Below, in pieces: positions 58,707 to 64,000 of a DNA stretch of 64,000 nucleotides; position 1 is the first letter of the stretch; each line of letters opens with the position of its first letter. The stretch lies in IMG/VR virus record IMGVR_UViG_3300044695_003767. One strand, 5' to 3'. The stretch comes from a virus. The notes beneath the pieces were generated by a model, which worked only from the letters and a program-made list of their open reading frames with translations, was not told where the DNA came from and searched no databases. The position numbers and the translations under genes were made by a program.

Positions 58707-59236
58707 ACGACGAAAAGAACCCTGATGAGATTGTCGTCAGGGACATTGATATGATACACTTTGAGATGATGGATGATGGATTCCTCTGGTGCGGAATCTA
58801 TCATAAGAATGGGCAGATTGACCACTTCAATATCACTGCAAAGAAAAACAAACTCTCTACACTCTGGATGCCTAATTGTGGATAATACTATGAGATTTGA
58901 AAACCCAACAAAATGGGAACTTTTCCTTGATGGATTTCGTAATGTCCTGTATATTCTTGACTGTTATGATGACGGTGATGAATGGGGTTATGGTGAGTTC
59001 TGGGAATCGTTGAGTATTGGATGGATGCAGATGGAAATTTATCCTTATGATGACCCCTACAACCTAACTATCAGTCCAGAACGTAGGTTGAGATTAGGAC
59101 AAGAACCAGAAAGGATTATTGTATCCGCAGAAGCATATGATGAACTTGTGCGACGAATCAATGAACCACAAGACCCTGCTGTGGTGGAAAGAATTAAAGA
59201 ACTTATGAGTCGCAAAGCACCGTGGGATGATTGATT

Positions 59237-59839
59237 ATGACACTCATAACATATCCATTTCATTATCTCTATTTTGAGAATTTTTATTCCCAAGAAGAAT
59301 TGGATTTAATATGGGAAGAATTGAATAGTTTATATGTTGAAGGTGATAAATTTTTATCACCAGATGATACTCATAGTGCCAAAGATGATAATGGAAATTA
59401 TATAAAAGCAAATAGAGGTTTATGGTTAGAGGATAAATCATCCAATCTTTTTAATATCACAAAAAAATTATATGATCCAACCATAATAAATCATCCATCA
59501 TCTTGGTTTTTTAAAGACACTAATTTTAATAAGGATGTGACACTCATATCATATTATGATGACGATGATTATTATGCTAAGCATAATGATTCATCCTACA
59601 TTACTGCTTGTACTTGGTTATATAAAGAACCAAAGCAATTTTTGGGTGGAGAGTTTTGGTTCCCTGATTATGATATAAAAGTTCCCTGTAAAAATAATTC
59701 CTGTATTATATTCCCGTCAAACATCTGGCATTCGGTTAAAAAAGTTTATCTACCAGATGAATATAAAAATAAAGGATATGGTAGGTATTGTATAAGTCAA
59801 TTTGTATCTGTAAATATTGGTAAAGATGTCTCTCAGTGA
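59237..59839 (+). CDS. 2OG-Fe(II) oxygenase
   Basis: YYAKHND, W.YKEPK.F.GGEF.F, FPS..WHSV, RYCISQF. Confidence 0.85.
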   Translation: MTLITYPFHYLYFENFYSQEELDLIWEELNSLYVEGDKFLSPDDTHSAKDDNGNYIKANRGLWLEDKSSNLFNITKKLYDPTIINHPSSWFFKDTNFNKDVTLISYYDDDDYYAKHNDSSYITACTWLYKEPKQFLGGEFWFPDYDIKVPCKNNSCIIFPSNIWHSVKKVYLPDEYKNKGYGRYCISQFVSVNIGKDVSQ

Positions 59840-60926
59840 TAAGGATAAAATATACTACAACGTATGGTCTTGTGCCTATCGTCGTCGATATGCTGCGAAA
59901 CTCAAACAAGACTGGGAATTGTATGATCGTGAACATCAAACTTTACTGATGTGCCTTAAAATAGCAAAGTGGACAACATTTGATACAGAAAAAAGGAATT
60001 ATTTAAAATGACTTCAACGTTTAAACAAACTTGTGATAAACCTTATGATCACCACGATTATAAGTTGGTTTATGAAGATGGTAAAAAGGTAATCTTTGAT
60101 AATTATGAGGATGTCCAACTGACTTGGTTTCAAAATGGTGGACACTTTTTAAGTCATATTGAAGTTTTGGATAAAAAGAAAAGCAAGGGGTTCAAATGAT
60201 GTTTAAATTGTTATGTGAGGACCATCACTACGGGTGGGTGGTGAATAGTCACTATGATTGGGTGAATATGCTCACTAAGATGGAAAAGAAAAAACCACAA
60301 AGATTTGAAGAGTTTCAATACTCAAGAGCAACTATCTACCACTACCTAGATAGAATACAACAGGAGCAAAACCTTTACGACTAATGAACTTTACACCTGA
60401 ACAATATAAACTCATCTACTCTGCCGTGCGAAGGTATCAGTATGATAAGACCGTACTGAACAGTAAAGAGTATCATACCTGCAGTGAGGTACTTGACGAA
60501 CTGTTCGATTCCGTCTATACTCAACGTGTTGAGCAACCTACCTGATAAATTATGGGACGATCTAAAAAAGTTGAAGAGGTTACTCCAGAATTCAAGTATG
60601 ATATGTTTCCAGTTATCATTGTCCACAAGGATGGTAAAGACCTAAAAGACACTAAGACTTGTTATTTTGACAATGAAGTTAATGCTAACAAGTACATTCA
60701 AAAATCAAAGTTCAAGAAAACCGATTACAAAATTTATATCAAAGGGCAAACAAAATGACGACACGAAATTTTATTGATAAAAACGGAAACTCTTGGGAAT
60801 GGGAAGAAACTCCTGAAACTGTTGAGGCACTCAAACAACTTCATGGAACTGTAAAAAAAGCAAATGAAATTAAGTTTGCTGGTAATTATCCTGGTCCTCT
60901 CTATGCTCCGCATCCAGATATAAAAA

Positions 60927-61436
60927 ATGTCTAATACAGATTTTAATATTAAAGAATACACAAGGAAAGTATTAAGTGAAGATTTTGTAAAAGAAAATAA
61001 TAAAATTTTTAATTTATCTGATCAAAGTTACAAAGATTTTAAGATAGTAAAAAAATATATTTCATCGTTTCAGCAAAAAAATTTAGAGGATATTTCTTTT
61101 ATTTTTTCTGAAGATGTTGTTTTGATTACTAATGGTCAAAAATTTATTGAACAAAAAAATGTAATTGAACACTTAAAATCTATCATTGACAATTTCAATC
61201 CTAATGAACTACCAATTAAATCTAGAGACAGTTTTATTTCTGTTTCTATGGAACTTGGTGAGATTAAAAAAGATTGCCATGATGACGCAGAAGGTTGTTT
61301 ATTTGCCATTCCTTGGGTGCATTTCTTTTCTTGTAGAATAATTTTAGAATACTATAATATTGAAAATAAATTAGACATCAATCATTCAATTAAGTTTGAT
61401 GATAATGGCAAAATATGTGAAATAATCTTACATTGA
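60927..61436 (+). CDS. NTF2/SnoaL-like protein (tentative)
   Basis: Y..SFQQKNLEDI..IFSEDV.L and I.FDDNGKI.EI pattern; very AT-rich. Confidence 0.45.
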   Translation: MSNTDFNIKEYTRKVLSEDFVKENNKIFNLSDQSYKDFKIVKKYISSFQQKNLEDISFIFSEDVVLITNGQKFIEQKNVIEHLKSIIDNFNPNELPIKSRDSFISVSMELGEIKKDCHDDAEGCLFAIPWVHFFSCRIILEYYNIENKLDINHSIKFDDNGKICEIILH

Positions 61437-62447
61437 AACATAATATGGAAAAGAAACTGATTGATGATTGCTTTTATGTGGAGCAAAAAAAGTATGGACT
61501 CTGGTATTCAACTGACAAAGATGGTAACGGACTTATCACATCTCTCACTGAAGAGCAATGTATCCAAGCAACCCGTTTTTATCTTAAAGGACGGCAGGAA
61601 GGTTTCTCTGAATCCAAAACTTATGAAGGTGAGGTAGGTGGAAAACTCTGATTATCCATATCACGTATTAGATCCTACAACTCCTTGGTATGAGTGGTTG
61701 TGCTACTGTGAAATATGTCATCAGTTAGATATTCAAGGACAACCAAACTGGAATCGTTTTATGAGATATAGAAATTATTTGAAAGAGGTTGGTGTATTAT
61801 GATTATGACTGATCCTTATTGGTTTCATAAAAAGTGGGGACTTAAACCAGAAGTTCCAATGGATGATGTCTATGATCGTCTGGTTGAACTTGAAGATAAA
61901 GTTAGAAAGTTAGAAGAAGAGAATGTAGAACTAATTAATGAACTTTATCGTATGGAAAATTCTCTTGATGCTCGCATAGATATTCTTGCCGAGCATATGA
62001 GAATTGATTACGATGTATGATTTAGACGACTTCGAAAAAGCACTTGCACATTTTGGAACCAGAGTTGATATAATCATTGCACTGGAAATGGGAGGAAAAT
62101 TAGATGCTGACATTGCTTACAAAAATATTAAAACTGAACTTAAAGAACTCAAAAGAATCAGAAAGTCTATCAAAAAAGACAAGGATTTGTGATAAATGTG
62201 GTGAAGAAAAACCATTGAATGCTGATAACTTTCAAAAAGTAAAACATTTTCGTGAAGGATACTCTTATTACTGCAATGAATGCTCAAAACCAAAATCCAG
62301 GGAATGACTCCCTAAAAATAACACAAAATGAGGATGGATCCTTCACAATGGACTGGGACAAGGAAGACCCAAATTGGAAGTGGCTCAATGGGTTGACTTC
62401 TAAGGAAATTCAGGTTATTATGCAACAAGCAATCGAGGATTATCTCA

Positions 62448-63047
62448 ATGACCTCTGACTTTGATTATAAAAAGTATTCTCTTGAAAAACTTGAAACTTG
62501 GGTAAGAGATTCTCTGACTAGTGCAGAAGCAAGCCCACAAGAAATATACAATACCATTAAGGGTGTTGTAGATGAAGAATATCATTACTTCAAGCATTAT
62601 ACTGGTCGTTGCTATGAACTTCTTGCTCTTCTGAATGGTAATGGTAAGGGTCATATTACAGCATACGATGAATATGTTGAGAAAAAAGAAAATCTTGTAT
62701 GTGATAAGGAAGATCCATCACCCGAATGTAAAAACTCTTGGACTTCCTTCTGGGAAGAGTATTTTTACCCAGAAGAAGTAAAGGATGATGGTATGCATCC
62801 TTGGGGGCATAGTGATTTGGAATATCAAGGTTCAACTGTGAGTAGTGTAAAACAAGATAAAGTGAAGAAGTGGGTTCTTCCCGTTGAAGTAAGTGATGAT
62901 TTAGAAGATTATATTGTATCTTTCCCTGATGATCTTTTGGAAGCAGCAAATCTTAAAGAAGGAGATCAAGTGGAGTGGGCAGATCAGGGCGATGGGTCTT
63001 ATCTTCTCCGTAAGGTAATACAACCACTGGGAATGGATGACTGTTAA
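62448..63047 (+). CDS. Hypothetical protein with C-terminal AbrB/MazE-like domain
   Basis: VSFPDDLLEAANLKEGDQVEW.D.GDGSY.LRKV. Confidence 0.6.
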   Translation: MTSDFDYKKYSLEKLETWVRDSLTSAEASPQEIYNTIKGVVDEEYHYFKHYTGRCYELLALLNGNGKGHITAYDEYVEKKENLVCDKEDPSPECKNSWTSFWEEYFYPEEVKDDGMHPWGHSDLEYQGSTVSSVKQDKVKKWVLPVEVSDDLEDYIVSFPDDLLEAANLKEGDQVEWADQGDGSYLLRKVIQPLGMDDC

Positions 63048-63240
63048 TGTTTGAATTTTTATTATGTGGGTATAATATAGTTTGCCATCTTAATACTATT
63101 GAATCAAAAATCAATAATTCAAAATATCAAAAAGATGTAGAACAACTCTGTTACTACTTTGAAGGGCAAGATGTAAATTTACCTGATTATTGTTTTTATA
63201 AACCTGAAATTAAAAAACCTAGAAGGAGAAGTGAATTCTA

Positions 63241-63465
63241 ATGGCACTATCACAATCTGTTGAAGAGTCTTTGAAAGAAGCAGAAGCAGCACTACGCAAT
63301 GCACTAGCATATGCTGCACGTCAAGAACGCCCGATGGTTTGCAGTGTGATCGCAGATCTTATCAGTCGCATTGAATCATTGCAAAGCACTGAGGCAATTC
63401 TTGATAAGTTAGAGAACCGTAAATCGGGAGACTCTGGATTTTTTGGAAATATTTTTGGAGAATAA
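63241..63465 (+). CDS. Conserved cyanophage hypothetical protein
   Basis: MALSQSVEESLKEAE..LRNALAYAARQERP. Confidence 0.65.
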   Translation: MALSQSVEESLKEAEAALRNALAYAARQERPMVCSVIADLISRIESLQSTEAILDKLENRKSGDSGFFGNIFGE

Positions 63466-63821
63466 TGACTGAACCCAACGAACTTGGTAAAGCACTACAA
63501 GAATGGTGGGATTCTGATGCCTGCAAACAACTTCAGAAAGATCTTGAGGAAGGAAAACAACGTGCAGTAGGAAAGTATTTTATGCTTTCCGAAGAGGACA
63601 AACTTGATATGGTTCAGGCAATCTGCTACATTATGTGTAAGGCAGAAAGTGAAGGAACCAGTCATCGTGGTCTTCAAGATACACTGGGAATCTATCCTGC
63701 TGGTTTCTGGATTGATAATCTTATGGATGTTCATAATGCTCTTTGGTCTTACTATCACGACCAAAAAAAGGAAAAAGAACTTAAAGATGACCTAGACAAC
63801 CTTGAAGATTTCATTAAGTAA
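63465..63821 (+). CDS. Hypothetical protein
   Basis: 118-aa ORF coupled to the previous gene. Confidence 0.6.
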   Translation: MTEPNELGKALQEWWDSDACKQLQKDLEEGKQRAVGKYFMLSEEDKLDMVQAICYIMCKAESEGTSHRGLQDTLGIYPAGFWIDNLMDVHNALWSYYHDQKKEKELKDDLDNLEDFIK

Positions 63822-63905
63822 TGTAACGTGATCCCAAAGAAAACATTAAGTTTCTAGATAGTAATGTATTGAAATGCTAATATTGGGAAATATCGCAAGA
63901 AACCT

Positions 63906-64000
63906 ATGACTCTAGCAAAAACTGGCACCGAAGTTCTTACAAAAGAAGAGTGGAATGAACTTGTTGCACTTAAGGACGCAATCACCTATGCTCCACAGAC
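63906..64000 (+). CDS. Hypothetical protein, 5' part (runs off the window)
   Basis: MTLAKTGTEVLTKEEWNELVALKDAITYAPQ... Confidence 0.5.
   Translation, partial: MTLAKTGTEVLTKEEWNELVALKDAITYAPQ

Noticed and set aside
63918-63929. AACTGGCAC match to the promoter motif
   Set aside because: Inside a coding sequence; lacks the left half-site and a downstream TATAAT

Overview
This window is a 64-kb, AT-rich segment of a T4-like cyanomyovirus. A freshwater picocyanobacterial host is inferred from gene content and regulatory motifs. From left to right it contains: (1) 1-12.8 kb, tail/virion structural genes followed by a cassette in which three paralogous 12-repeat (2x6-blade Kelch-like) beta-propeller genes alternate with two glycosyltransferases, two 2OG-Fe(II) oxygenases and a sulfotransferase; (2) 12.8-20.5 kb, a stand-alone structured sRNA candidate, glutaredoxin, an NtcA-box plus interlocked tandem glutamine-riboswitch locus with an ORF inside an aptamer stem, thyX, phoH, exonuclease, gp33, gp59, gp32 and a Mom-like gene; (3) 20.5-36 kb, the baseplate/tail module (gp53, gp48, gp2-like, gp4, gp54-like, gp26, gp51, lysozyme-M23, gp5 pieces); (4) 36-37.5 kb, three tRNAs (one structurally non-canonical Ile-UAU) with an HNH endonuclease; (5) 37.5-46.2 kb, two long tail fibre genes; (6) 46.2-64 kb, an SF2 helicase and a dense early-type region of small ORFs with a repeated operator-like promoter motif and repeated gene-junction sequences. 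The best candidates for undescribed biology are the propeller/modification-enzyme cassette and the ORF-containing double riboswitch. All calls come from reading motifs by eye; no searches or folding programs were run.
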